From: Octopus vulgaris
Taxonomy: Eukaryota
DNA: 64,000 nucleotides
Direction: 5' to 3'
Assembly (NCBI GenBank): GCA_951406725.2
Contig: OX597834.1
Location: 19,034,001-19,098,000 of the forward strand
In this document: positions 40,510-53,497 of the stretch, piece by piece
Layout of the letters: every line of letters begins with the position of its first letter
Position numbering within the stretch: position 1 is the first letter of the stretch
Program-made: the position numbers and the translations under genes
Notes under the pieces: generated by a model
Databases searched by the model: none
Told to the model about the DNA's origin: nothing
The model's input: only the letters and a program-made list of their open reading frames with translations

Positions 40510-41572
40510 ACACACCCACTCCTGTGTATATATATATATATATATGTTCATGTGTGTATATGTATGTATATGTGTGTGTGTGTATATTTGTATGTGTATA
40601 GATGAGTTCAACTAATATCTACAAAGACAAGTGGAGCTAAAATAATGGGGACATACCATTTGCTGCAATACCTTACAGGCTGCAGACTTGTTTCACTGTT
40701 TACATTGCTCTTCAAATATATATGTCTCTGAAGAACTATGTAAATAATAAAACAAGTCTGCAGTTCATAAGATCTTGTACTGAATAAAATAAATACCTTC
40801 TACATTCTGATGTGTTGAGTCCTTTCTTGAATCCTAACCCTCCGATTAAGGATTTCTAATAAACACCCAGTTACACAGGCATATGTACACATGTTTATGC
40901 TGAAATAGGGTTCTGTATGCATTTACATTATATATGGATTTGACCCTTCTCACCTTTTTAATGTGTCTGACTTTTCCTCATTACTCATGACAATATTTGT
41001 GAGGAAAAGAATGTAATTCTATTTCTGTTTTTGAGTCAGCATTTTTTTGGTTTTTTTATTGATTTCATGTTCTTCTCTTGACTTTTATTTATTGATCTTA
41101 AAGTCACCCACCACCTGCATCGTTCTTTCTTTGGTTATGGGCGGTTGTGAAGGTGGTAGTAATGATGCAAAATAAAGCTTGTCTGAATTTTACTTAAAAG
41201 TCTGGATCCTGCCAATGGGCCAATGATATTTATGTCGAGAAGCAAGACAAATGGCATCAGCAATAATCCACAGCATAAATACTAAATACCGCTTTAATTA
41301 CAAAACTAAGAATTTTTGTCCTAAATTGCTACAATGCCATGCCATATTTTTTTTGCTTGACTTACAAGGGATTTACACACTGCTAATGCAATGAGAAAAT
41401 AATTCCAAAGTGGTATGTGTTTAAATGATGTGTGTGTTTGTGTGTACTTATTTATATGAAGGTGTGCATAGGTAAGTAGTTTGTCTACATATACATGTGT
41501 GTGTTGTTTTTGATGTATTGCTTGAAATTTATTACAGTAATTACTTTTACCGCTGTAGAAAAACATATCATA

Positions 41573-41985
41573 GGTGCAGGAGTGGCTGTGTGGTAAGTAG
41601 CTTGTTTACCAACCACATGGTTCCGGGTTCAGTCCCACTGTGTGGCACCTTGGGCAAGTGTCTTCTGCTATAGCCTCGGGCCGACCAAAGCCTTGTGAGT
41701 GGATTTGGTAGACGGAAACTGAAAGAAGCCCGTCGTATATATGTATACATATATGTGTGTGTGCGTGTATGTATGTGTGTGTTTGTCCCCCTAGCATTGC
41801 TTGACAGCCGATGCTGGTGTGTTTATGTCCCCGTTACTTAGCGGTTCGGCAAAAGAGACCGATAGAATAAGTACTAGGCTTACAAAGAATGAGTTCCGGG
41901 GTCAAGTTGCTCGATTAAAGGCGGTGCTCCAGTATGGCCGCAGTCAAATGACTGAAACAAGTAAAAGAGTAAAAGAGTAAAGAGA
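41573..41985 (+). mobile_element. Family A SINE, full length
   Basis: Full match to 20502-20890. Confidence 0.92.
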
Positions 41986-42174
41986 GTTACCATAGCAGTG
42001 TGTATGTGTGTATCCTGTTAGTTTGAACTTAAAGATTGTTTGAAAATTAAGAGGAGAAAATATAGAAAGATCCATACTAGTACATGTATAAACTGAAAAC
42101 GAAAGAGAAATATTGATATCTTTTTATTGAATCAAGAAGTTAACTTTTTTTGGTGTTGTTGTTGCTGTTTGTTT

Positions 42175-42480
42175 TTTCTTGAGCCATGCCTGGCTCATAA
42201 GGGCCGGTTTCCTGGATTCATTGGTGTATAGGTTCCCCACCTGGACAAGACACTGGTCTGTCACAGGTGAGTTGCAAGTGAGCTGTTAGATGCAGGAGGA
42301 AAGACTGAAAGAAAGTTGTGGTGGAAGAGTTAGCAGAAGTTTGCCATTATCTTCTGCTGGAGCCGCATAAGCTTAGGTGTTGCACTCATAAACACACACA
42401 GTACCCAATCTGAGATTGAAGCCCATGGTCCCTCGACTGTGAGTCCACTGCTCTAATCACTAGGCCATGTGCCTCCACAA
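42175..42480 (-). mobile_element. tRNA-derived SINE, family D
   Basis: Minus head GGAGGCACATGGCCTAGTGATTAGAGC; body shared with 31190-31280. Confidence 0.75.
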
Positions 42481-43170
42481 CTTTTTTAGTAGTAGAGTAT
42501 AATTGTTTCATTAAACTTAATTATAACACAAGTGAAGGTAATTAGCTTGCAGAATCATTAGTGCAATAGACTAAATGCTTTATATTTGGTGTACAAAGTC
42601 TGCTGAGGTTGACTTTGCCTTTCATCCTTTCAGGGTTGATAAAATAAGTACCAGTTGAGCATTTGGAGTCAATATAATCGACTTCTCCCTCCCCTAAAAT
42701 TGTTGGCCTTGTGCCAAAATACGACACCATCATTATAACATTGGTGCATGTATTTCATCAAATTTTGGTTGATGAAATGCAGAGCTAAACCTTGCAAGAC
42801 TAGCATGCAAAACGCAAAGGTACCAAACTTAATATGGCAAAACATGAAATTTGACACAAATATTTCTAAGACAATATTCACTCGTCCTTCATTCAGCCAT
42901 CAAACACACTTCGCTGAGAGTAAATTCTTTTGCCACTCAGCGCTAGAGTAATTTGAAATTAAGTGTTTTGCTCATGAACACAACATGCCACCTGGTCTGG
43001 GTATCAAACCCCATGATTGGGCAACTGTGAGTGTACGCCCTAACCACAAGGCCATGTGCCTTCCCAAACTACCAAGTGATGGGGATAAATCAGATGATGA
43101 ATTAGGTCTTCTACTCAAGCGGACCATGGTGAGATTTGAACTCAGAATGCAAGGCATCCAGTGAAATGTT

Positions 43171-43508
43171 CCTATAAAGACCCCCTTCGGTCATGAATGA
43201 CCATGGGATTGCACCTAGAAAGTTACCCTCCTAGACACAAGTCCGGGCAAGGTTGTTTATGGAAGACCAGCAGTCGCCCATGCATACCAGCCTCCCCTCT
43301 CCACGCCACCAGTGTTATCCAAGGGAAAGACAAAGGTCGATACAGCTTGACACCAGTGATGTCGCAACTCATTTCTACAGCTGAGTGAACTGGAGCAACG
43401 TGAAATAAAGTGCCTTGCTCAAGAACACAACACGCAGCCCGGTCTGGGATTCAAGCTCACAACCTCACAATCGTAAGCTCGACGCTCTAACCACTGAGCC
43501 ATGCGCCT
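43171..43508 (-). mobile_element. Family C SINE
   Basis: Reverse-complement match to 32251-32612. Confidence 0.85.
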
Positions 43509-44076
43509 ACTTCCACCAGTTCACTACTCTGCATTGGCACTTTTTACCAATCCTCACTGCTAATAGGATGAAAGGCAAAGTTGACCTCAACAAGATTTGA
43601 ACTCAGATAACAGAGAATCATAAAAAAAAATTACCATGAAACATTCTATCTGATGCTCTACTGTCTCTGTCACTTCGTTGCTTGAATATTAATGATTTAG
43701 AATAATGTTGTTTGGAGTGTTGTGAAGTGTAGCTGCTATTATCTAAGTATTTTTATATGGCTGGATGTCTAACTGTTTGGACTGTGACATTTGTAATAAA
43801 CTACAGCCATGAGTTATGTTCCTCATGGTCTAATTGATCTTTCACTCTGAATATTTTCTGTTCACTTTACTGTAAGTGTTTGATGCAGAGATGCAATGTT
43901 TTGGATAATTTGTAATTTATGTATTGTTGGGAGTGGGAGTCTGTAGGCCTTGCGAGACTTGGCATTGTCCTGCATCGATCTAATATATTTTAGTCCAGTG
44001 TCATAGTTTATGTTTCTCAAGTAAATAATTTACATTTTGTTTAATAATCTTTACTTGTTTATTGATTTATCATTTT

Positions 44077-44510
44077 CTCTCTGCGCTAAGTAAAAGTTAT
44101 TTAAGTTTATGACGTGTATCAGGGTTTTTTTCTTCCTGATATTTATTGCTTTTTGTTGGTAAAAATTATGGAATGACTTAGAATAAAGTACTATCTTCTT
44201 GAGACTATTATATCTATTTCAAATTTTGGTATGGGGCTGGCAATTTTGGGTCTCTCTCTCTCTGCTAAGTAAAAGTTATTTAAGTTTATGACGTGTATCA
44301 GGGTTTTTTTCTTCCTGATATTTATTGCTTTTTGTTGGTAAAAATTATGGAATGACTTAGAATAAAGTACTATCTTCTTGAGACTATTATATCTATTTCA
44401 AATTTTGGTAAGGGGCTGGCAATTTTGGGTCTCTCTCTCTCTCTCTCTCTCTCTGCTAAGTAAGAGTTATTTATGTCATGTTTCAGGATTTTGAACTCTT
44501 GATATTTATT
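44077..44510. repeat. Tandem duplication, about 179-191-bp unit x2.3, bounded by (CT)n
   Basis: GCTAAGTAA starts at 44085, 44264 and 44455; the first two units are near-identical. Confidence 0.93.
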
Positions 44511-44519
44511 GTTCTATAT

Positions 44520-44730
44520 CCTTTTCTACTCTAGGCACAAGGCCTGAAATTTTGGGGGAAGGGGCCAGTCGATTAGATCGACCCCAGTATGCAACTGGTA
44601 TTTAATTTATCGACCTCGAAAGGATGAAAGGCAAAATCGACCTCAGCAGAATTTGAACTCGGAACGTAAAGACAGACGAAATGCTGCTAAGCATTTCACC
44701 TGACATGCTAACGTTTCTGCCATCTCACCA
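44520..44730 (-). mobile_element. Family B SINE
   Basis: Collinear with 8342-8557. Confidence 0.87.
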
Positions 44731-45175
44731 TTTTGAAACAAGTAAAAGAATAAAAGAACAATAATAATACTCATAATTGTTCTTTATTTAGGCACATGAC
44801 TAGCAGATCTGATGGGAGCGGGTTTGTCAATACCATTCACCTCGGTACTTGACTGGTACTTACTTTTATTGACCCTGGTGGGGATGAAAGGTAAAGCTGA
44901 CCTTGGCTGGGATTGATCTTGGAAAGTAAAGAACCAAAATAACAACCTTCTTTCAACACTAACAATTCTGCCATTCCACTGCCTTAACAATTTCCAATTT
45001 AGGATCAAAGCCAGAAACATTTTGGAAAGGAGATTAATTGATAAGATCTATCCCACTACAAGACTAATACTTTATTTTATTGTCTCCAGAAGAATGAAAA
45101 GTAAAGTTGATTTCAGTAGGATTTGAACTCAGAACTTAAATAGTTGGAACAAAATATTTTCCCAACACCCTAGTG

Positions 45176-45428
45176 CAGTGATTATCAACCATTTTTTGCC
45201 CATGGACCCTCTCTGACCCCTATTTTTCTCAGTTAGACTGTCATAGCTATTTGAGTTTTAAAAAAAAATCCTATTATATTTATATAATTAAATATTGTTA
45301 GGAATTGTATTAAAAAAAGAATATTTTGTGTATTGTACAAATATAATCAATTTATTACACAAAATTTTTATAAAACAAAATTATATTTGGACCCCCAAGA
45401 TCATATGGGCTCAGGTTGAGAATCACTG
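45176..45428. mobile_element. hAT MITE (same family, inverted)
   Basis: TIRs CAGTGATTATCAACC / GGTTGAGAATCACTG; TSD CCCTAGTG / CCCTAATG. Confidence 0.85.
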
Positions 45429-45956
45429 CCCTAATGAGTTTTCTAACTTACTGCCCTCAACAACCACAACAACAATAATTCTTCCTACTATAGACACAAG
45501 GCCTGAAGTTTTGCAAGGGAGGGAGCTAGTTTATTATATAGTCCCAGTACTGAACTGGTACTTACAATATCAATCTCAAAAGGACGAAAGGTGAAGTCAA
45601 TTTTGGTGACATGTGAATGCAGAACATGAAGCCAGAAGAAATACTGCCGAGCATTTTGTCCAGCCAGTTAATAATGGCTTCAAATTTTGGTACAAGGCCA
45701 GCAATTTTACAGGAGGGATAAATTGATTACACTGACCCCAGTGCATTACTGGTACTTATTTTATCAATCCCCAAAGAATGGAAGGCAAAATCAACCTCAA
45801 ATGAATTTGAATTTTATTCAGTGTACTAATGGTTGGGGAGGGGGCTAGTTGATTACACTGACCCCATTGCTAGACTGGTACTTATTCTATTGACCCCGAA
45901 AGGATGAAAGTCAAAGTTGGCCATGACAGAATTTGAACTCAGAAAATATGGGCAGC

Positions 45957-46371
45957 TCTCTTTCTAACCGCTCAGTCGAAATCGACTCTCAGTTACTCGT
46001 TGGATCAGTGTTCTCCAGTCAGTTCTATCCGGGGCCGCTTCCTTCAGACTGGCCATGTCCATTCCGGTATCACTCCTGATGGTGTCAAGCCAGCAGGTTC
46101 TTGGTCGGCCTCTTCCTTTCTTGCCACTAACCATTCCAAACATGATGTCCTTCTCCAGGGATTTTCTCCGCATAATATGACCGAAATACGCCAATCTATG
46201 CTTGGTGATCCCAGCTTCTAGTGACCACTTCGGCCTGATATGCTTAAAAACTTCTCCATTGGTGAGCCTCGCTGTCCATGGGATTTGCAAAAGTCTTCTC
46301 CAACACCAAAGGTCGAATGCATTAATTCTCTTCTGGTCAGCTTTCTTTAGTGTCCAGGTCTCGCATCCATA
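45957..46371 (-). mobile_element. 5'-truncated RTE-clade (BovB-like) LINE, C-terminal part of the RT ORF
   Basis: Stop-free YGCETWTLKKADQKRINAFDLWCWRRLLQIPWT...LAYFGHIMRR..SLEKDIMFG...GRGRPRTCWLD...; 11-bp TSD ATATGGGCAGC at 45946-45956 and 46369-46379. Confidence 0.93.
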
Positions 46372-47613
46372 TGGGCAGCAGTAAATGATAATATTTTTTC
46401 TAATTTAGACTGAGGCCAAAATATTTGAGTAATTAACCCCTGCACAAGAATGAAAGACTAAGCTGACCTTGTGGGGTTTGAATTTAATAAAAGTTACAAC
46501 GAATAGATGAATGATGTTTGCTTGATGTGTGTTCCACCTACGATAAAAATGTCATGCCTGAATCTTCATATAGATATCCTTAATTCAAACCTCAAACAAA
46601 TTTTAGGACACCTGTGGGAGTTTTAGCATAACTCATAAATTGGAAAATATATAATAAACTGATCAAACACCTGGAGGAAGAAGAAGAAGAAGAAGAAGAT
46701 GAATCAGAGAAAGAGATCAATAACTTGTAAATGAGGCTTTTAGATTATAATTTTAAAGATTTCCTCATATTTTTCTATCATTTAATGAATATTAATTACT
46801 TTCATATTCTACAGGTATCGGAATATTATTAGCAAAACTGTTTCCAAATTTTTAGAGCTTTTCACAAAATATAACAAAACAACATCCGTGCTTCAATTCA
46901 TACACTCTTGATCCTGATTATAAAGCTTTAATTTCCATAATCACTATAAACATATACGCGATGTATTCATAGGAAGAAAAAAAAAAGCAAGCAAAATAAA
47001 TAAACAAAAGAGAACAAAACAAATTTTCCCAGCTGAATTAACTTAATTAACATTAACACATTATAATGGAAAAGTTAATATTACTATTAATCAAGCATGG
47101 TTTTTTTATTTGTTTTGTTTTTGTATTTATTTATTTGTATTTCTTTCGTTTTGTTTTCTCTTCTGTACGCAGTCATGCAAGTTCAGTTTTGTTTATTTCT
47201 ATATTCATTACTTAATCAATATTTTGACAAGGGAATTTATATGGCAGCTACTATTCCAACAGCGATTATTTTATTCATGAAATAGCCTTAAGTAGCTTAC
47301 TGGCTTTGTTAGTTTTATATTTGTTGTCTTTTTTCTTTTTGTCCCCCCCCCCATCTTTCTCTGATTTAAAGAGGAAGACAAATCATGTCTTAGCACTCTG
47401 AATTCTACTACTCACTTGGTTTCATTCTCTTTCCATTTTCTTTATCAGAACTTTCCAAATTTTCCTCTGTTGTTAGTTTGGTAATTGTTGCAGTTTACAT
47501 TAAAATCTTGTAAGTAAAATAAGTAACAACATTCATTCAATTCATTTTTTTTCCCTCTTTTTATTTTTTGCGTTTTTCCATGCTAGAATGGAGCTTGATG
47601 AATATATTATTAA

Positions 47614-47833
47614 CCCTTTCGTTACCAACCCAGCTGAAACCGGCTCTGGCTCTGAGTACAAATATCTTGTTTTCATAAGTTTTGAATTAAAATCTTCCAC
47701 CAAACCTTAGTCACAATTTATGTCCCTAACACTAGCTGGATGATAACTAAGTTATTTTACTAAATTCTGAGTTGTATTTAAAGTAATTGAAAGAAACACA
47801 GAGCATCTCAAAATAAATACAGTAACAAAAGGG
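47614..47833. mobile_element. piggyBac-type MITE
   Basis: TTAA TSD; TIRs CCCTTTCGTTAC / GTAACAAAAGGG; second copy at 61229-61450. Confidence 0.9.
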
Positions 47834-48524
47834 TTAAAGTAGTGTTTTATAGACAACTAACTTTCCAGTGGTAGCCCTTACCTGTTTTTCAAGCTGGGGG
47901 TGTCTTATTCCATACATCTTCAATAGTGCAAAAGTAGACAACCATTTGACAGGAGCAATGCCATTAATATCACTACTCACAGCTGAGCCGGTTTTGAAGA
48001 AACACAAATATAAAATAAACACACATACACAAACATTCATAGATCATTATATATGATGATCTTCTTTCAGTTTCTGCCTACTAAATCTGATCAAGAGGCA
48101 TTAACCAGCCCAGGGCTATAGTTGTAGACACTTGCCCAAACTGTAGCACAATGGGATTAAATTCAAAGCCTCATGCTTAGGAAATGATCTCTTTAACCTC
48201 CCTATCATACTTATAACTTAATGAGAAAAAGGGAAAAAGCCATAGACATCACTCGCAAGCAAGTAGGAATTGGTAAGCTGTACCATGCTTTTATTGTTTT
48301 AATTGCTTACATTGTCATGAATAGACATAGGTACTCTGCTGGACCCTCCCATCATGGAACATTGATGATGTGGCTGTTTAAGAATAATAAATTTGTACTC
48401 AACAAAAGTAGAGAGTAATCCATCAGATTAACGTAAAACTGTTTTGTTTTTGGATTTGGTTTGCGAGATTCTTTATGTGAGTTGGTGTGTTGGAACATAT
48501 TCTGTTGTGGCTGGGAAAAATAAT

Positions 48525-48720
48525 TTTCTTTTTGTACCTTATAATTTAACACACTCACCGGTAAAATCTCCACTTATTTCTTATTTTTAATTTTTCTAAA
48601 ATTTTCGTTGCATCTTGCAACCTTTTCAATAGTTGCAACAAAACTTTTTAGAAAATAGAAATAAGAAATAAGTGGAAATTTTACCGGTGAGTGTGTTAAA
48701 TTATAAGGTATTAAAAGAAA
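48525..48720. mobile_element. Palindromic (foldback) MITE-like element
   Basis: TACCTTATAATTTAACACACTCACCGGTAAAAT...TTATTT (48535-48586) is inverted at 48659-48710, with further inner pairing. Confidence 0.8.
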
Positions 48721-48917
48721 ATGACTCTCCCCAGACACAACAGAATAATGTAAAACTGTTTCTGTTATAGCTGAACATAACAACAACCATTAACATACAC
48801 ATGCATATACATGCACATACACACATGCGACAAGCTTCAGTTTCCTTCTACCGAATTCACTCACAAGACTTTGGTCAGGCCAGGCCTGTAGTGGAAGGCA
48901 CAAGCTCAAGGTACTCT

Positions 48918-49147
48918 GCGAGCTGGCAGAATCGTTAGCATGCCGGGCGAAATACGTAGCCATATTTCGTCTGCCGTTACGTTCTGAGTTCAAATTCCGC
49001 CATGGTCGACTTTACCTTTCATCCTTTCGGGGGTCGATAAATTAAGTACCAGTTACGCACTGGGGTCGATGTAATCGACTTAATCCGTTTGTCTGTTCTT
49101 GTTTGTCCCCCTCTGTGTTTAGCCCCTTGTGGATAGTAAAGAAATAG
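48918..49147 (+). mobile_element. Family B SINE inserted into a family A SINE (48790-49180, minus)
   Basis: TSD-like AGGTACTCTGCG (48909-48920) / AGGTACTGTGCG (49146-49157). Confidence 0.87.
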
Positions 49148-49564
49148 GTACTGTGCGGTAGGACTGAACCTGAGACCACATAAATGAATTAGATACATAG
49201 ACACATACGTGGCTAAAAAGTCAAGTTCTGTGACTGGTTATCAATGGGTGTCATTGTGACCTTGGGTATAAAAGTGGTTAAGATGTCAGGGTGACTTGGA
49301 TGATAATTGTACTCATGCAGAATTGAACTGTAAAGCTAAAGGTCATTTAATCTTTTGTGTTGTGGCACAACATGTAGGAAACCCTGCCCCTTTACCCTTT
49401 ATCAGTACTTCAAACAAAAGTTCACTATATTGTGATGAGATAATCCAATAGGATTGAGCTATGGTGGCTTATTAAAGTTATTTTCTTCTATTTTTTAGGT
49501 TTCTATTCCTCTTTTGAAGTGCACTAATCATTGCACACATGCATTTTATGTACACAATAAAACA

Positions 49565-49677
49565 TCTTACACACACACACACACATACACACACACGAAA
49601 CTCATATGTGTGTTCATGTATTTAATATTGTAGTCATATAATTTTGATATATATATATATATGTATGTATGTATGTG

Positions 49678-49717
<40 letters not shown>

Positions 49718-49759
49718 TGTATGTATGTATGTATATATATGTATGTATGTATATATATG

Positions 49760-49798
<39 letters not shown>

Positions 49799-49819
49799 GT
49801 ATATATATGTATGTATGTA

Positions 49820-49855
<36 letters not shown>

Positions 49856-49873
49856 TGTATATATGTATGTATG

Positions 49874-49904
<31 letters not shown>

Positions 49905-49980
49905 GTATGTATGTATGTATGTATATATGTATGTATGTATATATGTATGTATGTATATATGTATATATATGTATATATAA
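49565..49980. repeat. (CA)n plus (TATG)n/(TA)n microsatellite
   Basis: Direct read. Confidence 0.97.
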
Positions 49981-50125
49981 GTTCTGCTTATGTATTTTAT
50001 GCATTATAGACTTATATAATATTTTTTAATTCTGTAGGCACATGTACATGCACACATGCACAAAGAACAAACTTATATATATATGTGCATGTGTGTGTGT
50101 GTATTAAATATTATAGTCATGTAAT

Positions 50126-50170
<45 letters not shown>

Positions 50171-50859
50171 TATGTACACACACAGGCACAAGCTAACCAC
50201 CCATCCCAACAAACAGCACTAAAAATAACAACAGCTATCAATATGCAATCCAAATTATTGATCTGCTTTATATCTGCATTAACTGCCAACATTGACATCT
50301 CTTGGGGAATAAATGGGTTTTATTTATCCTCAATGGGACAAAATTTACTAAACAAACAAATGAACGATGGATAAAATTGAGATAAATTAATTTATTTTCT
50401 ATTCATGGGTAGGGATTTACCTGTGTACAAGGTAATGCTTGATTGTGTATACTCTTTCTTTATTTTTTAATTATTATTTTCTTTCTGATATTTCATTTTA
50501 ACCACTTCAATTTCATTGCTTATACTGATGGGATTGAGCAGTCAGAAATCCCTAATAATAATAATAATAACATATTCCATCTATGAAAGGACCAAAACAG
50601 ACATTAAAAGCATATCGTTTTTTTTATTTTTATTTTTATTTTTTTCTGTAACCCCTAAAAGCAGACATTTTTTCTGTGCTTTTCTTCAGGATCAATATTT
50701 TTTTTTCTCTTTCATCGTAGAAAGAGAAAAGCAATGATATGGTCATGTCTCGCCCTTCACCTCAGAATAAGACGATGGAGATGGATCATTTATTGTGGGG
50801 CATATAAGTTTAGGTGAAGGTAGTGAAAGTTTAGAGTTTGGCAAAGTTAGAAGTTTCTC

Positions 50860-51040
50860 CATCATCATCATTTAACGTCCGTTTTCCATGCTAGCATGGG
50901 TTGGACGATTTTGACTGAGGGCTGGCAACCAGATGGCTGCACCAGGCTCCAGTCTTGATCTGGCAGAGTTTCTACAGCTGGATGCCCTTCCTAACGCCAA
51001 CCACTCCGTCAGTGTAGAGGGTGCTTTTTACTTGCCACCT
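50860..51040 (-). mobile_element. V-like SINE 3' fragment
   Basis: Homologous to 526-765. Confidence 0.8.
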
Positions 51041-51699
51041 GCTTCTCCAGAGAAGAAAACTTAAAACTCGAATGATACAGCATGTAGATACTTTCTGATA
51101 AATACTGTTATATTTGCAGCATGGAAGGTGTTTATAAGCCATTTAAGAAACACACAAAAACCATTAGATTCACTAATTCATGGAATTTTGTCAGTGAACA
51201 GGTTGCAGTCTCAAAGCGACAAAAATATTTTGGCAAATTTGAATTTAAATGTTCAAGTGAATCTAAAGGTTTTTGTATGTTAATTAAATGGCTTATAAAC
51301 ACCTTCCATGTTGCAATTGCTTTCGTTCCAGCACACGATCTCAGATCAGGTCACTTGCTATGCAAGTACATCTCAGTAACTGTTATATTTGTTACAGTTT
51401 TAATAGGGTTCTATTCCTAGCAGTGCATTGTGTTCTTGAGCAAGACACTTTATTTCACTCTGCTCCAGTCCACTCAGCAGGTAAAAAAATGAGTAGTTGT
51501 ACCTGTAGTTCAAAGAGCCTGCCTTGTTGCCATGTGCCATTCTGAATCTCCTTGAGAACTACATTAAGGGTATGCGTGTCTGTGGAGCACTCAGCCACTT
51601 GCACATTAATTTTACAAGCAGGCTGTTCTGTTGATTGGATCAAGTGGAACACTCGTCATTGTAACTGACAGAAAGCCAGGTCAGCACAGTTAGTACAGA

Positions 51700-52008
51700 T
51701 TTAACATATGGAAGTGTGTAAATATATGTGCATGTGATGCATATATGGGGGAGGGTGTAACTATGTGCATGTGATGCACGTATGGAAGAGAGTGTAAATA
51801 TATGTGCATATGATGCATATATGGAGGAGTGTGTAACTGTGCATTTGATGCATATATGGAAGAATGTGTGTAACTGTGCATTTGATGCATATATGGAAGA
51901 ATGTAACTATATGTGCAGGTGATGCATATATGGAGGAGTGTGTAACTATGTGCATGTGATGCACATATGGAGGAGTGTATAAATACATGTATATGTGATG
52001 CATGTGTG
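51700..52008. repeat. Minisatellite, about 36-38-bp unit x8
   Basis: Consensus GTGTAACTATGTGCATGTGATGCATATATGGAGGAGT. Confidence 0.9.
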
Positions 52009-52556
52009 TGGTAAACAGTGTAGAATAGAAAGCATAGCAAGTAAGTAAACCAAGTCCAGGTTCAAAATTTTTGATTTTGTTTAAAATTGGTTCAACCCAC
52101 ATCATTAACGAAAGTAAACTCAACATCTTCACACCAACCACTTCCCATCCCCCCCCCCCATAAAGATTTTTACTCTCTGCTTAATCGGAGAAAAGCAGAG
52201 ATGAACTTTCCAAATTGACCAGCTCAGAAACAACATAACAGTCACTGCATAATACACCATTATTATATATAAAAACAAACACACACAAGCATATGCTTAA
52301 GACTGGAACATGCCCATAATTGTCTGCTTTCCTGTTAGCAAAAATTACATTCATCTAAACATACAAAATGCAAATTAACTTGGTGAAATTCTTTTAACTT
52401 TCTTGAAATTATTTCCCTTATTATTTGAGACTCAGTTGCAATTACTGTTTGTTTTATGTTTTTTTCCTCTGACTAAAAGGAAATTTTAATTAATTAAGAA
52501 TTTCTTTGTGTAGATCATCTTGTAGACCAATGTTTAACATATTTACTTAATATATA

Positions 52557-52719
52557 GGCACAGGAGTGGCTGTGTAGTAAATAGCTTGCTTACCAACCAC
52601 ATGGTTCTGGGTTCAGTCCCACTGCTTGGCACCTTGAGCAAGTGTCTTCTACTATAGCCTCGGGCCGACCAAAGCCTTGTGAGTGGATTTGGTAGACAGA
52701 AACTGAAAGAAGCCTGTCG
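52557..52719 (+). mobile_element. Family A SINE 5' half
   Basis: Ends where the internal (TA)n normally starts. Confidence 0.88.
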
Positions 52720-52788
52720 TGACCTTGTGTGTACCGTTGGTGATTTTTTTTCCTCTGTCTTCCCTTCTCTGGATCTTTCCTACTCCTA

Positions 52789-52825
52789 TGTTTCCAACGA
52801 AGAGCTCCGCTCGAAACGTTAAACA
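52789..52825 (+). ncRNA. Minimal type I hammerhead-like motif with mutated core
   Basis: TGTTT-CCAACGA-A-GAGC TCC GCTC-GAAA-CGTT-AAACA: 5-bp stem I, 4-bp stem II, palindromic loopless stem III (AACGTT); core CCAACGA differs from CUGANGA at 2 positions. Confidence 0.55.
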
Positions 52826-53029
52826 CACCTTCTTTCCTGAGCGTCCAATAATACTATATTTGTTCCACGTCCTTGCGTTGTTGTGTTTTTTTGTGCTTCC
52901 TTGTTTGGATTAACTATATATATATATATATAAGACAGTCCACCTGTGCATACCTTCCTTCTTGTGACACTTGTGAAGACCTGTTGAGGCAAGTGAAAAT
53001 CAAAACAAATCAAAATAGATGAATATCAA

Positions 53030-53497
53030 TGGAATTTGTATCTTTGTGGTACCAGTGCCGGTGGCACACAAGAAAACCATCCGAACGTGGCCGTAGGCAG
53101 TACCGCATCGACTGGCCTCCGTGCTGTGGGTACGTAACAAACACCATCCGACCGTGGCCGTTTGCCAGCCTCATCTGGCACCTGTGTCGGTGGCACATAA
53201 AAACACCATCCGAGCGTGGCCGTCTGCCAGCCTCGTCTGGCACCTGTGTCGGTGGCACATAAAAAACACCATCCGAGCGTGGCCGTTCGCCAGCCTCATC
53301 TGGCACCTGTGTCGGTGGCACATAAAATCACCCACTACACTCTCGGAGTGGTTGGTGTTAGGAAGGGCATCCAGCTGTAGAAACACTGCCAGATCTGACT
53401 GGCCTGGTGCAGCCTTCGGGCTCCCCAGACCCCAGTTGAACCGTCCAACCCATGCTAGCATGGAAAGCGGACGTTAAATGATGATGATGATGATGAT
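53030..53497 (+). mobile_element. V-like SINE with internal ~62-bp tandem array
   Basis: Unit AAAACACCATCCGAGCGTGGCCGT...GGCACCTGTGTCGGTGGCACAT x4-5; GGTTGGTGTTAGGAAGGGCATCC; (ATG)n tail. Confidence 0.85.

Noticed and set aside
50721-50812. Strong acceptor followed by a filamin-like DDGDGSFIV peptide
   Set aside because: That frame has upstream stops and no convincing donor or homology
51690-52141. His/Cys-rich ORFs suggesting C2H2 zinc fingers
   Set aside because: The minisatellite period is not 84 bp, and C-x2-C...H-x3-H spacing and TGEKP linkers are absent
53030-53330. CRISPR-like regular repeats (also 51700-52008)
   Set aside because: Head-to-tail units without unique spacers, eukaryotic context, no cas genes
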